Part shown: in pieces, positions 28,818-40,148 of the stretch
Position numbering within the stretch: position 1 is the first letter of the stretch
How the letters are laid out: the number at the start of each line of letters is the position of its first letter
Source of the DNA: an uncultured Actinomycetota bacterium
GTDB lineage: Bacteria; Actinomycetota; Actinomycetes; S36-B12; GCA-2699445
DNA length: 64,000 bases
Direction of reading: 5' to 3'
Assembly: GCA_963706835.1 (NCBI GenBank)
Contig: CAVPOB010000016.1
Location: 132,093 to 196,092, forward strand
Translations under genes and position numbers: made by a program
The notes under the pieces: model-generated
What the model was told of the DNA's origin: nothing
Database searches by the model: none
The model's input: only the letters and a program-made list of their open reading frames with translations

Positions 28818-30161
28818 GTGGGAACTGTACGGGCGGGCACGGCTGCGGCCGCGCTGGTGATGGCGGTGTGCCTCGGGGTCCTGCCTGCGGCGGCAGTGGA
28901 GTCAGAGGACCCCGCCACGCCTGCACAAACCGAACCGGACCCGGTCGAGCCTGCGCAGACCGACCCGGAGCCGACCGAGCCTGAGCTGGCCGACCCCGCG
29001 CCGGGCGACCCGTATGAGGAAGGCTTGCCCGATCCGTACGAGATCGAGTCGCCCGAGCCCTTCCGGGCGCCAGGTGCGGATGGCTCGGCGGAACCCGACA
29101 CCGACGAGGATCCGGAGGCACTGTCCGAGGCCGAGGCGGAGGCAGCGGCGCGGCTGGACGCCGAGCGCACCCGAGTCGCACGCCTGGCCCGTGCCGAGCT
29201 GGAGCGGGCCCAGGCCCGGCTGGCGCAGGCGGCATCTGCCCGGGAAGCAGCGCTGTCGGAGCAGGTCGCTGCCCGCGCCGAGCAGGAGGCCCTGGCGAAG
29301 GCTCACGGTGCTGCGGTGCTCGCTGGACAGGATGCGCGCCGCGACCTGGGCAACCTGGTGCGGCAGGCGTACACCTCCGGGCCGAGCGAGTGGACGCTCA
29401 TCGCGAGCTTCCTGGATGCCGATGGGCCCACCGATGCCCTGCGCCGGGCATCGTTGTCGACGCTGCTCGCCGAGCGGCAGGACTCCGTTTGGGACGCCGC
29501 AGTTGCCACAGTTGATGAGCTCGCCGCGCAGCAGCAGGCGGCCGGGAAACGACTTGCGCAGGCGGAGGCCGCGGCTCTGACGGCTCAGGAGCAGTACGAG
29601 ACCGCCGCGGATCAGGTGGCGGGGATCCAGGCTGCCCTCGAGGAGGGCGGCATCACCGGAACGGACGGGGCGGCTGAGGTGCAGCGGATCTGCGGCGATG
29701 CCGACACGCCGCTGTGCCAGCCGAGCGGCTGGGGAGAATCCCAGCTCACCCGCGATGCGGTGTGGCTGATGCGGACCGTGCGGCAGGAGTGGCCGCAGAT
29801 CGAGGATGTCGGCGGGTATCGTCCCGTCGATGCCTACCCGGATCACCCCACCGGGCGGGCGGTGGACGTCATGGTGCCCGATGCTGGCAGGTCGGAGGCG
29901 GGCGCAGCCGTCGGCGACGAGATCGCCGCCTACTTCATGGAGCATGCCGACGAGTACGGCGTGATGTACATCATCTGGGACCAGAAGATCTGGGGGGTGG
30001 GCCGGGACCCCATCGTCCCGGTCGACCAGTGGCGGCAGATGTCCGACCGCGGGGACTGGACGTCCAACCATATGGACCACGTGCACATCACCGTGTCCAC
30101 CGGTGTCTCCGGCAGCAACATCTACTCCGTCATCGACGAGGCGCGCTCGCAAGCGGGCTGA
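28818..30161 (+). CDS. secreted coiled-coil protein with C-terminal LAS-type (H-x6-D ... H-x-H) putative zinc peptidase domain
   Basis: Signal peptide (AAAALVMAVCLGVLPAAAVE), an acidic/Pro-rich linker, a long Ala/Glu/Gln-rich coiled-coil, then GGYRPVDAYPDHPTGRAVDVMVP ... YIIWDQKIW ... WTSNHMDHVHITV. Confidence 0.6.
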   Translation: MGTVRAGTAAAALVMAVCLGVLPAAAVESEDPATPAQTEPDPVEPAQTDPEPTEPELADPAPGDPYEEGLPDPYEIESPEPFRAPGADGSAEPDTDEDPEALSEAEAEAAARLDAERTRVARLARAELERAQARLAQAASAREAALSEQVAARAEQEALAKAHGAAVLAGQDARRDLGNLVRQAYTSGPSEWTLIASFLDADGPTDALRRASLSTLLAERQDSVWDAAVATVDELAAQQQAAGKRLAQAEAAALTAQEQYETAADQVAGIQAALEEGGITGTDGAAEVQRICGDADTPLCQPSGWGESQLTRDAVWLMRTVRQEWPQIEDVGGYRPVDAYPDHPTGRAVDVMVPDAGRSEAGAAVGDEIAAYFMEHADEYGVMYIIWDQKIWGVGRDPIVPVDQWRQMSDRGDWTSNHMDHVHITVSTGVSGSNIYSVIDEARSQAG

Positions 30162-30177
30162 GGGTCGGCGCCGGGTT

Positions 30178-30470
30178 GATGGCACCCCTTGCGGGGGTGT
30201 TGCGCCCGGGTCGGGGATTGCGGGCACCCGGTGAAGCGACTGTGCACCCGTTGCGGGGGTTTGCGCCCGGGATGGATGCTCAGAGCGACTCAGGGGCGGC
30301 AACTGCGCACCCGGCATCGGGGTTTGCACCCCGGACGGTGGCTGCGAGCCCCGATCCGGCAGGTTCCGCCCCCGCGGCGGGTGCAAACCCCCGAATCGGG
30401 TGCAGACCTGGCCCCCACACCGACCGATTCCGCCCCCGCGGAGGGTGCGAACCCCCGAATCGGGTGCAGG
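30178..30470. repeat. GC-rich composite repeat cluster B
   Basis: Forward units at about 30181, 30241 and 30301, a 25-nt spacer at 30343-30367, and reverse units at 30368-30405 and 30432-30469 (64-bp period). Same family as clusters A, C and D. Confidence 0.85.
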
Positions 30471-30623
30471 ACCGCCCCGCAGCCGGATGCGCCGCGCGCC
30501 GCGCGGGTGCCCACCCCGCTACCGGCGGGTACCAGGCCGAGGGCAGGTTCCAGGACCTGCGCCAGGGGCAAGCGGCGCGCGCCCGACCCCGACCCCGGCG
30601 TCTTGCATCTGCAGGTATTTCCG

Positions 30624-30637
30624 CAACAATGGTGTTG
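30624..30637. promoter_or_regulatory. candidate SufR operator, CAAC-N6-GTTG inverted repeat
   Basis: CAACAATGGTGTTG lies in a locally AT-richer stretch at or just upstream of the sufR start. To my recollection the motif form equals the operator reported for cyanobacterial SufR. Confidence 0.4.
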
Positions 30638-31317
30638 TGCAAATCGAGGCGTCTGGGACCGCGGGTGTCACCGAAGGTGGCGCCCGGGTGGCCCGCGTGC
30701 TGCTCCAGGAGGGGCCGACGACTGCGCCGGCCCTCGCTGAGCGGCTCGGGCTGACGGCGCAGGCCGTGCGCCGGCACCTCGACCAACTGGCGGCGGACGG
30801 ACTCATCGAGTCCGGCGAGCGGGCGCCGTACGGCCCGGCACCCGCGCGCGGCAGGGGCAGGCCCCCGAGGGTCTACTACCTCACCGAGGCGGGACGGGAC
30901 GTGTTCGACAAGGCCTACGACGACCTCGCGGTCGCGGCGCTGCGCTTCATGGCCGAGCACGGAGGCGACGGGCAGATCGAGGCGTTCGCTCAGGCCCGGG
31001 CGGCCACGATGGTGTCGCGGTACCGCGGCAGCGACCTTGCGAGTCTGGCCCAGCGGATGACGGCCGACGGCTATGCGGCCTCCGCCGTCCAGGGGGCCGC
31101 CGACCAGCCTGCCCAGCTGTGCCAGCACCATTGCCCGGTCGGCCACGTCGCCGAAGAGTTCCCGCAACTGTGCGAGGCGGAGACCGAAGCCATCGGTCGG
31201 ATTCTGGGCCGCAACGTCATTCGATTGGCGACCATCGCGCACGGCGACGGCGTCTGCACCACCGCGATCGCACCCGAAACACCTGCGACTCCCACCACCA
31301 GGAAGGCGGCACGATGA
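30637..31317 (+). CDS. sufR: SufR-type (ArsR/DeoR-like wHTH) transcriptional regulator of the suf operon
   Basis: w[42 protein letters not shown] and a C-terminal Cys cluster ([22 protein letters not shown] ... GDGVCT). ATGA overlap with sufB. Start uncertain (GTG 30637, or GTG 30688 which has a better SD). Confidence 0.8.
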   Translation: MQIEASGTAGVTEGGARVARVLLQEGPTTAPALAERLGLTAQAVRRHLDQLAADGLIESGERAPYGPAPARGRGRPPRVYYLTEAGRDVFDKAYDDLAVAALRFMAEHGGDGQIEAFAQARAATMVSRYRGSDLASLAQRMTADGYAASAVQGAADQPAQLCQHHCPVGHVAEEFPQLCEAETEAIGRILGRNVIRLATIAHGDGVCTTAIAPETPATPTTRKAAR

Positions 31318-32723
31318 GCACATCGACTGATCAGCTCGAGGGCCTCGGCAACTATGAGTACGGCTGGCACGACTCCGATGCAGCGGGCGCCATCGCCAAG
31401 CGAGGCCTGTCGGAGGCCGTCGTGCGCGAGATCAGCGCGCTGAAGAACGAGCCCGAGTGGATGCTGAATCTGCGGCTGAAGGGGCTGCGGCTCTTTCAGA
31501 AGCAGCCGATGCCGACCTGGGGCGCCGATCTGACCGGCATCGACTTCGACACCATCAAGTACTTCGTCCGCTCCACCGAGAAGCAGGCCGCCAGTTGGGA
31601 GGACCTGCCGGCGGACATCAAGAACACCTATGACCGGCTCGGCATCCCGGAAGCGGAGAAGCAGCGCCTCGTCGCCGGCGTCGCCGCCCAGTACGAGTCC
31701 GAGGTGGTCTACCACAAGATCCGTGAGGACCTCGAGGAGCAGGGCGTCATCTTCCTCGACACCGATACCGGGTTGAAGGAGCACGAGGACCTCTTCAAGG
31801 AGTACTTCACCTCGGTCATCCCGGCCGGGGACAACAAGTTCGCGGCGCTCAACACCGCAGTGTGGTCCGGCGGATCCTTCATCTACGTGCCCAAGGGTGT
31901 GCATGTAGAGATTCCGCTGCAGGCCTACTTCCGCATCAACACCGAGAACATGGGCCAGTTCGAGCGGACCCTGATCATCGTGGATGAGGACGCCTACGTG
32001 CACTACGTCGAGGGCTGCACCGCCCCGATCTACTCCACCGACTCACTGCACTCTGCAGTGGTGGAGATCGTCGTGAAGAAGGGCGCCCGCTGCCGCTACA
32101 CGACCATCCAGAACTGGTCGACCAACGTGTACAACCTGGTCACCAAGCGCGCCTTCGCCCACGAGGGCGCCACGATGGAGTGGATCGACGGCAACCTCGG
32201 CTCCAAGGTGACCATGAAGTACCCGGCCGTCTGGCTGATGGGGCCCCACGCCAAGGGCGAGACGCTGTCGATCGCGTTCGCCGGTCCGGATCAGCATCAG
32301 GACGCCGGCTCCAAGATGGTGCACGCCGCGCCGCACACCTCCAGCTCGATCATCAGCAAGTCGGTGGCGCGCGGTGGCGGTCGGTCCTCCTACCGGGGAC
32401 TGGTGCAGATCCAGAAGGGCGCCCACCACTCGGCCAGCACCGTCCGCTGCGACGCGCTGCTGGTGGACAGCGTCTCCCGATCCGACACCTATCCCTACGT
32501 GGACGTGCGCGAGGACGACGTGTCGATGGGCCACGAGGCGACGGTGAGCAAGGTCAGCGAGGACCAGTTGTTCTACCTGATGAGCCGCGGGGTGCCCGAG
32601 GACGAGGCGATGGCGATGATCGTGCGCGGGTTCATCGAGCCCATCGCGCGGGAGCTGCCGATGGAGTACGCGCTGGAGCTCAACCGGCTCATCGAACTGC
32701 AGATGGAAGGGGCGGTCGGCTGA
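31314..32723 (+). CDS. sufB: Fe-S cluster assembly protein SufB
   Basis: [20 protein letters not shown] ... highly conserved SufB sequence through ...[30 protein letters not shown]. Confidence 0.95.
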   Translation: MSTSTDQLEGLGNYEYGWHDSDAAGAIAKRGLSEAVVREISALKNEPEWMLNLRLKGLRLFQKQPMPTWGADLTGIDFDTIKYFVRSTEKQAASWEDLPADIKNTYDRLGIPEAEKQRLVAGVAAQYESEVVYHKIREDLEEQGVIFLDTDTGLKEHEDLFKEYFTSVIPAGDNKFAALNTAVWSGGSFIYVPKGVHVEIPLQAYFRINTENMGQFERTLIIVDEDAYVHYVEGCTAPIYSTDSLHSAVVEIVVKKGARCRYTTIQNWSTNVYNLVTKRAFAHEGATMEWIDGNLGSKVTMKYPAVWLMGPHAKGETLSIAFAGPDQHQDAGSKMVHAAPHTSSSIISKSVARGGGRSSYRGLVQIQKGAHHSASTVRCDALLVDSVSRSDTYPYVDVREDDVSMGHEATVSKVSEDQLFYLMSRGVPEDEAMAMIVRGFIEPIARELPMEYALELNRLIELQMEGAVG

Positions 32724-32724
32724 C

Positions 32725-33927
32725 ATGGGGGTTTCCCACAACCCGGTGACCACGCAGCACCTGGTCACCAAACGATCCTTCGATATCGCGGATTTCCCGG
32801 AACCGTCTGGGCGCGAGGAGGCATGGCGGTTCACGCCGAAGACGCGCTTCAAGCGGCTCTTCGACGATGCCCCCGGCGACGGACGCCTCACCTGGTCGGC
32901 GGATGTGCCGGCCGGCGTCACGGTCGAGACCCTCGACGCCGCCGCGGCGCAGGCGCGGGCCGCGAGCGCGCCGGTGGACCGAGTGGCGGTGCTGGCCGCC
33001 GCGCATGCCGCCGAGCGCACGCTGGTGTCGGTGCCCGCCGACGCCGACGTGGCCGAGCCGGTGGTCCTGCGGCTGCACGGCACCGACGCCGAGCAGGTCG
33101 CCTGGGGCAGCCTGCTGGTGGAGGTGGGGACCAACGCCCGCGCCACGGTCGTGGTCGAGCACTCCGGCAGCGCCACCTACGGCAGCCATGTGTCGGTGGT
33201 GGCCGGCGATGGCGCGCACGTGGATTTCGTGTCGGTGCAGAACTGGGCCGACGACGCCGTCCACGGCGGTCACCTGGCGGTCCGGGTGGGCCGCGACGCT
33301 GTGGTGCGAGGGATCGTGGCCACGCTGAACGGAGGCGCGGTTCGACTGGTGCAAACCGTCGACTACGACGGCCCGGGCGGGGATGCCGAACTCATCGGCG
33401 CCTACCTCGCCGAGGCCGGCCAGCACATCGAGCACCGCATCCTGGTCGATCACGCCGAGCCGCACTGCCGCAGCAACGTCGCCTACAAGGGGGCCCTTGC
33501 CGGAGACGGCGCCCGCGCGGTATGGATCGGGGACGTGGTCATCCGCCCCGAGGCGGTGGGGACCGATACCTACGAACTGAACCGCAACCTGCTGCTCACC
33601 GATGGCGCGCGGGCCGATTCGGTGCCGAACCTGGAGATCGAGACCGGCGACGTGGTGGGTGCCGGCCATGCCTCAGCGACTGGTCGCTTCGATGACGACC
33701 AGTTGTTCTACCTGCAGGCTCGCGGCGTGCCGCCGGCGGTCGCCCGGCGCCTGGTGGTCCGCGGATTCTTCGCCGATGTGGTGCGGCGCATCGCATCGGA
33801 GCAGATCCGCTCGGAGGTGCTGCAGGCCATCGATGCCGAACTGGCCACCCTCAGCGCGGGTGAGGATCACTCCGTCATGGAGCAGTACGCGGAGATCTTC
33901 GCCCCGGTCCCGCAGGACGAGGCGTGA
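32725..33927 (+). CDS. sufD: Fe-S cluster assembly protein SufD
   Basis: 400 aa. EEAWRFTP and the C-terminal LFYLQARGVPPAVARRLVVRGFF motif. Confidence 0.9.
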   Translation: MGVSHNPVTTQHLVTKRSFDIADFPEPSGREEAWRFTPKTRFKRLFDDAPGDGRLTWSADVPAGVTVETLDAAAAQARAASAPVDRVAVLAAAHAAERTLVSVPADADVAEPVVLRLHGTDAEQVAWGSLLVEVGTNARATVVVEHSGSATYGSHVSVVAGDGAHVDFVSVQNWADDAVHGGHLAVRVGRDAVVRGIVATLNGGAVRLVQTVDYDGPGGDAELIGAYLAEAGQHIEHRILVDHAEPHCRSNVAYKGALAGDGARAVWIGDVVIRPEAVGTDTYELNRNLLLTDGARADSVPNLEIETGDVVGAGHASATGRFDDDQLFYLQARGVPPAVARRLVVRGFFADVVRRIASEQIRSEVLQAIDAELATLSAGEDHSVMEQYAEIFAPVPQDEA

Positions 33928-34238
33928 GCGCCGCCCAGCCGGTCTGCCGGCTCAGCGAGCTGTCGGAGGCCAAGCCGCATCTGGTGCAAGTAGCTGGCGA
34001 GGACATCGTCCTGGTGCGGCAGGGCGAGCAGGTGTTCGCGCTGTCCGACGTGTGCAGCCACGCGGAGGTGTCGCTGTCCGCCGGCGACGTCGCCGACGGC
34101 GCCATCGAGTGCTGGCTGCACGGCAGCAGGTTCGACCTGCGGACCGGCGAACCGTCCGGACCGCCGGCCTGGGAGCCGGTGCCGACCTACCCGACCACGG
34201 TGGCCGAGGACGGCACGGTTGCCGTGACGTTGGCCTGA
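33924..34238 (+). CDS. Rieske-type [2Fe-2S] ferredoxin subunit within the suf operon
   Basis: 104 aa with CSHAEVSL ... CWLHGSRFDLRTG (CxH ... CxxH). Confidence 0.85.
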   Translation: MSAAQPVCRLSELSEAKPHLVQVAGEDIVLVRQGEQVFALSDVCSHAEVSLSAGDVADGAIECWLHGSRFDLRTGEPSGPPAWEPVPTYPTTVAEDGTVAVTLA

Positions 34239-34259
34239 CGAGAACTGAGAAGGAGAACG

Positions 34260-36300
<2,041 letters not shown>

Positions 36301-36301
<1 letters not shown>

Positions 36302-36781
36302 TGACGATGCGATTGGAGTGCGCTGTACCAGGAGATCATCCTGGACCACTACCGCAACTCCGCACGGCAAGGGGCTGCGGGAGCCGTATCGACGCCGAGG
36401 TTCATCACGTCAATCCCGACCTGCGGCGACGAGATCACGCTGCGGGTGGCACTGGGCGAGGGCCCGGATCCCGTGCTGCGAGGACATCAGCTACGACGGC
36501 GCCGGCTGCTCGATCTCCCAGGCATCGGTCAGCGTGCTGGCCGAACTGGCGACCGGGGAGCGGCTCAGTCGAGCTGCGCAGCAGCACGAGGCGTTCCTGG
36601 CACTGATGCACGGCCGGGGCTCGGTGACGCCGGACGAGGACGTGCTCGGGGACGCGGTGGCGTTCGCCGGGGTGGCGCAGTACCCCGCACGAGTGAAGTG
36701 CGCGCTGCTGGGATGGATGGCCTGCAGGACGCGATCGCCCAGTCGCTGGGCGCGCCCGTCGAGGAACGGGAGGACGCATGA
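36301..36781 (+). pseudogene. sufU: SUF scaffold protein SufU, at least six frame changes in 480 bp
   Basis: Conserved segments are found in alternating frames: MTMRLE / ALYQEIILDHYRN / HGKGLREPY / DAEVHHVNP / TCGDEITLRVALGEGPDPVL / EDISYDGAGCSISQASVSVL ... ARVKCALLGWMA / LQDAIAQSLGAPVEEREDA. Confidence 0.85.
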
Positions 36782-37143
36782 CCGACGCCGTGCGAGACGC
36801 GAGACGCTGTCCGAGGACGGCATTCCCGATCAGCGGCCCGGCCGCGGCTGACGTCCTGGAGCGGCTGCGCGACGTGGTTGACCCGGAGCTGGGCATCAAC
36901 GTGGTCGACCTCGGCCTGGTCTACGGGGTCCACATCGACGACGCCAACACGGCCGTGCTGGACATGACGCTGACATCGGCGGCCTGCCCGCTGACCGACG
37001 TCATCGAGGATCAGACCCGGGCCGCGCTGGACGGCGGCGGTGGCCGACTTCGCCATCAACTGGGTCTGGATGCCGCCGTGGGGCCCGGACAAGATCACCG
37101 ACGACGGCCGCGAGATGCTGCGGGCGCTGGGCTTCAACGTCTG
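36778..37143 (+). pseudogene. DUF59 (SufT-like) Fe-S assembly protein, frameshift near 37030-37040
   Basis: LRDVVDPELGINVVDLGLVYGV ... MTLTSAACPLTDVIEDQ is followed in another frame by VADFAINWVWMPPWGPDKITDDGREMLRALGFNV and a stop at 37141-37143. Confidence 0.8.
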
Positions 37144-37238
37144 AATCCCGCTGCAGCGCCGCGGCCCGGGTCGGCCCGAGCAGCGTGCGCGGCGGCACGT
37201 TTTCCGATCGGTCGCCACCGCCAGGCATCCTGGAGCAC

Positions 37239-38840
37239 GTGCTGACAGCCCAGGGCGTGGAACTGCGGGTCGGAGCCCGGCTGCTGCTGCAGCCGACGAG
37301 CTTCCGGGTCGGGCCCGGCGACCGAGTCGGTCTCGTCGGTCGCAACGGCGCCGGCAAGACCACGCTGACCCGGGTGCTGGCCGGCGAGGGCCAGGCGGCC
37401 GCGGGCACGGTGACGCGCAGCGGCGAGGTCGGCTACCTGCCGCAGGACCCGCGCACCGGCGACCTCGACATGCTGGCGCGCGACCGGATCCTCAGCGCTC
37501 GCGATCTGGTGGAGATCGACCGCCGCCTGCGCGTGGCGGCCGAGCGGATGGCCTCCGCGGATGCCGCCACCCGGGACAAGGCGATGCGCCGCTACCAGAA
37601 CGCCGAGACCGAGTTCCTTGCCCGCGACGGCTACGCGGCCACTCGCAGGCCGCCACGCATCGCCGCCAGCCTCGGCCTGCCGGAGCGGGTACTGCAGCAG
37701 CCGCTGGGCACGCTGTCCGGCGGTCAGCGGCGCCGGGTGGAGCTGGCCCGGATCCTGTTCTCCGCAGGCCACGACGCTGCTGCTGGACGAGCCGACCAAC
37801 CACCTCGACGCCGACTCCATCATCTGGCTGCGCGACTACCTGAAGGCCTACAGCGGCGGCCTGATCGTCATCAGCCACGACGCTGCGCTGCTGGAACAGG
37901 TCGTGAACCGGGTCTTCCACCTCGACGCCAACCGGGCCGAGCTCGACGCCTACAACCTGGGCTGGCAGCGCCTACCTGCAGCAGCGCGAGACCGACGAGC
38001 GCCGCCGTCACCGGGAACGGGCCAACGCGGCGAAGCAGGCCGAGGCGCTGCGCGACCAGGCCGAGCGGATGCGGGCGAAGGCGACCAAGGCCAAGGCAGC
38101 GCAGTCGATGTTCAAGCGCGCCGACCGGCTGATGGCGGGACTAGAGGCGGAGCGCGCCGCCGACCGGGTCGCCAAGATCCGATTCCCGCAGCCGGCCCCG
38201 TGCGGCAAGACGCCGCTGACCGCGCAGGGCCTGTCGAAGTCGTACGGATCGCTGGAGGTGTTCACCGACGTCGACCTGGCCATCGACAAGGGTTCCCAGG
38301 TGGTCGTCCTGGGGCTGAACGGCGCTGGGAAGACGACGCTGCTGCGGCTGCTGGCCAAGGTGGAGGACGCCGACACCGGAGCCGTTCAGCCCGGTCACGG
38401 CCTTCGTCTGGGCTACTACGCCCAGGAGCACGAGACGCTCGACACCGCCCGCACCGTGCTGGCCAACCTGCAGTCGGCCGCCCCGGATCTGCCGGAGGTC
38501 GACGTGCGCAAGATCCTCGGATCCTTCCTGTTCACCGGTGACGACGTCGACAAGCCCGCGGGCGTGCTGTCCGGCGGGGAGAAGACCCGGCTGGCCCTGG
38601 CCACGCTGGTGGTCTCCGGCGCCAACGTGCTGCTGCTGGACGAGCCGACGAACAACCTCGATCCCGGCCTCGCGGGAGGAGATCCTGGCGGCGCTGCGGC
38701 GCTACGCGGGCGCCGTCGTGCTGGTGACCCACGACGAAGGTGCGGTGGCGGCGCTGGAACCGGAGCGGGTGCTCATCCTCCCGGACGGCGTGGAGGACCT
38801 GTGGAGCGCCGACTACGCAGACCTCGTCGCTCTGGCCTGA
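37239..38840 (+). pseudogene. ABC-F family ATPase (tandem NBDs, Rv1473-like), at least three frameshifts (about 37768, 37971, 38664)
   Basis: NBD1 has GRNGAGKTT, LSGGQRRRVELARILF and then, in a shifted frame, TTLLLDEPTNHLD. The linker YLQQRETDERRR ... MRAKATKAKAAQS is in a third frame. NBD2 has GLNGAGKTT, LSGGEKTRLALA and LLLDEPTNNLD, then shifts to ASREEILAALRRYAGAVVLVTHD. Confidence 0.85.
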
Positions 38841-38988
38841 AATCTCCTGCCGGAGCACGGGGTCGCGAACTGCGGCGGTGGGACCGACTGTGTCGATCCA
38901 ACGGGCCTCACCGCGCATCCGGCCGGTAGCAGCAGCACGATGGACTTCGTTCCCGATCCTCGGATCGGCAAGGCGCGGAGGTGTAGTC

Positions 38989-39192
38989 GTGGAGATCGCG
39001 AAGGGGCAGCGGATCACCGGGGAGGCCCGGGCTCAGCTCAGCGATGAACTGCGGGAGAAGTACGTCGCGGGGGCGAGCATCCGCGATCTGGCGAATGAGA
39101 CCGGCCGTTCCTACGGCTTCGTCCACCGCCTGCTCGTCGACGCCGGGGTCGAATTGCGGGGACGCGGGGGAGCGACCGTACGCAAGCACTAG
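38989..39192 (+). CDS. small helix-turn-helix domain protein (Rv1473A-like)
   Basis: GTG 38989 with GGAGG 7 nt upstream; 67 aa. ...LREKYVAGASIRDLANETGRSYGFVHRLLVDAGVELRGRGG. Confidence 0.7.
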   Translation: MEIAKGQRITGEARAQLSDELREKYVAGASIRDLANETGRSYGFVHRLLVDAGVELRGRGGATVRKH

Positions 39193-39244
39193 CAGCACCG
39201 ATCCGCCGCAGGGCGCGGCTCACCGGTGCAGTAGCGTCGATGAT

Positions 39245-40048
39245 ATGAGCGGATTGCCTTTCGACGAGTCGCTGTTGGCGGCTGGCAGCGTCCGGGTCGA
39301 GCGCGACGGGGCTGTGCTATCGGTCACCCTCCACGACCCGGATCGCCGCAACGCCCAGACCCCCGCTACTTGGCAGGCGCTGGCCCACATCGGTGACGCG
39401 CTGCCCCGCGACATCGCCGTTGTTGTGGTCGGCGGTGCCGGGTCGTCGTTCTCCGCCGGCATGGACCGCAGGATGTTCACCCCGCAGGGCATCCCGGGGC
39501 ACCCGTCGCTGGGCGACATCGCAGCAGCCGATGATGCTGGCGGCGCCGCGATCATCGCCGAGTTCCAGCGCGCCTTCGGCTGGTGGCGCGACGTGCCGGC
39601 CATCACCGTCAGCGCCGTGCAGGGCTACGCGGTGGGTGCCGGCTTCCAACTCGCCCTGGCGACGGATCTCATGCTGGTCGCCGACGACGTGCAGTTGGTG
39701 ATGAAGGAGTCAGCGTTCGGGCTCGTCCCCGATCTGGGCGGTACGCACCCGCTCGCCGCGGCCGTGGGGTACCGGCGGGCCCTGGAAATCTGCCTGACGC
39801 AACGTCCGGTCGGTGCTGCGGAGGCGGTGGCCAGCGGGCTGGCGGTGCGGTCGGCGCCGGCAGCGGATCTCGCGTCGGCCGCGCACGGGTTCGCCGAATC
39901 GATCGCCGCCCTGGCGCCGGGCACCGCGGCGGCCACCAAGGAAGTCCTGTCCGGCCACCACCTGCGCACGCACCAGGAGCAGCGAGCGGTGGAGCGGGAG
40001 GCGCAGATGGGACGGATCAGGGCGCTGATGGGCGCACTGCCCGGCTGA
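39245..40048 (+). CDS. enoyl-CoA hydratase/isomerase family protein
   Basis: 267 aa. SFSAGMD, AVQGYAVGAGFQLALATDL and FGLVPDLGGT crotonase-fold motifs. Confidence 0.85.
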   Translation: MSGLPFDESLLAAGSVRVERDGAVLSVTLHDPDRRNAQTPATWQALAHIGDALPRDIAVVVVGGAGSSFSAGMDRRMFTPQGIPGHPSLGDIAAADDAGGAAIIAEFQRAFGWWRDVPAITVSAVQGYAVGAGFQLALATDLMLVADDVQLVMKESAFGLVPDLGGTHPLAAAVGYRRALEICLTQRPVGAAEAVASGLAVRSAPAADLASAAHGFAESIAALAPGTAAATKEVLSGHHLRTHQEQRAVEREAQMGRIRALMGALPG

Positions 40049-40148
40049 GGCGCGTTCGCTGCCGGCGGACGCCTGGCCGCTCCTGGAATCTCTGATCGCT
40101 GCGCAGCGTTGCGCTGTCGGTGACGCTGGTATCCGAGTCGGAGGACCC

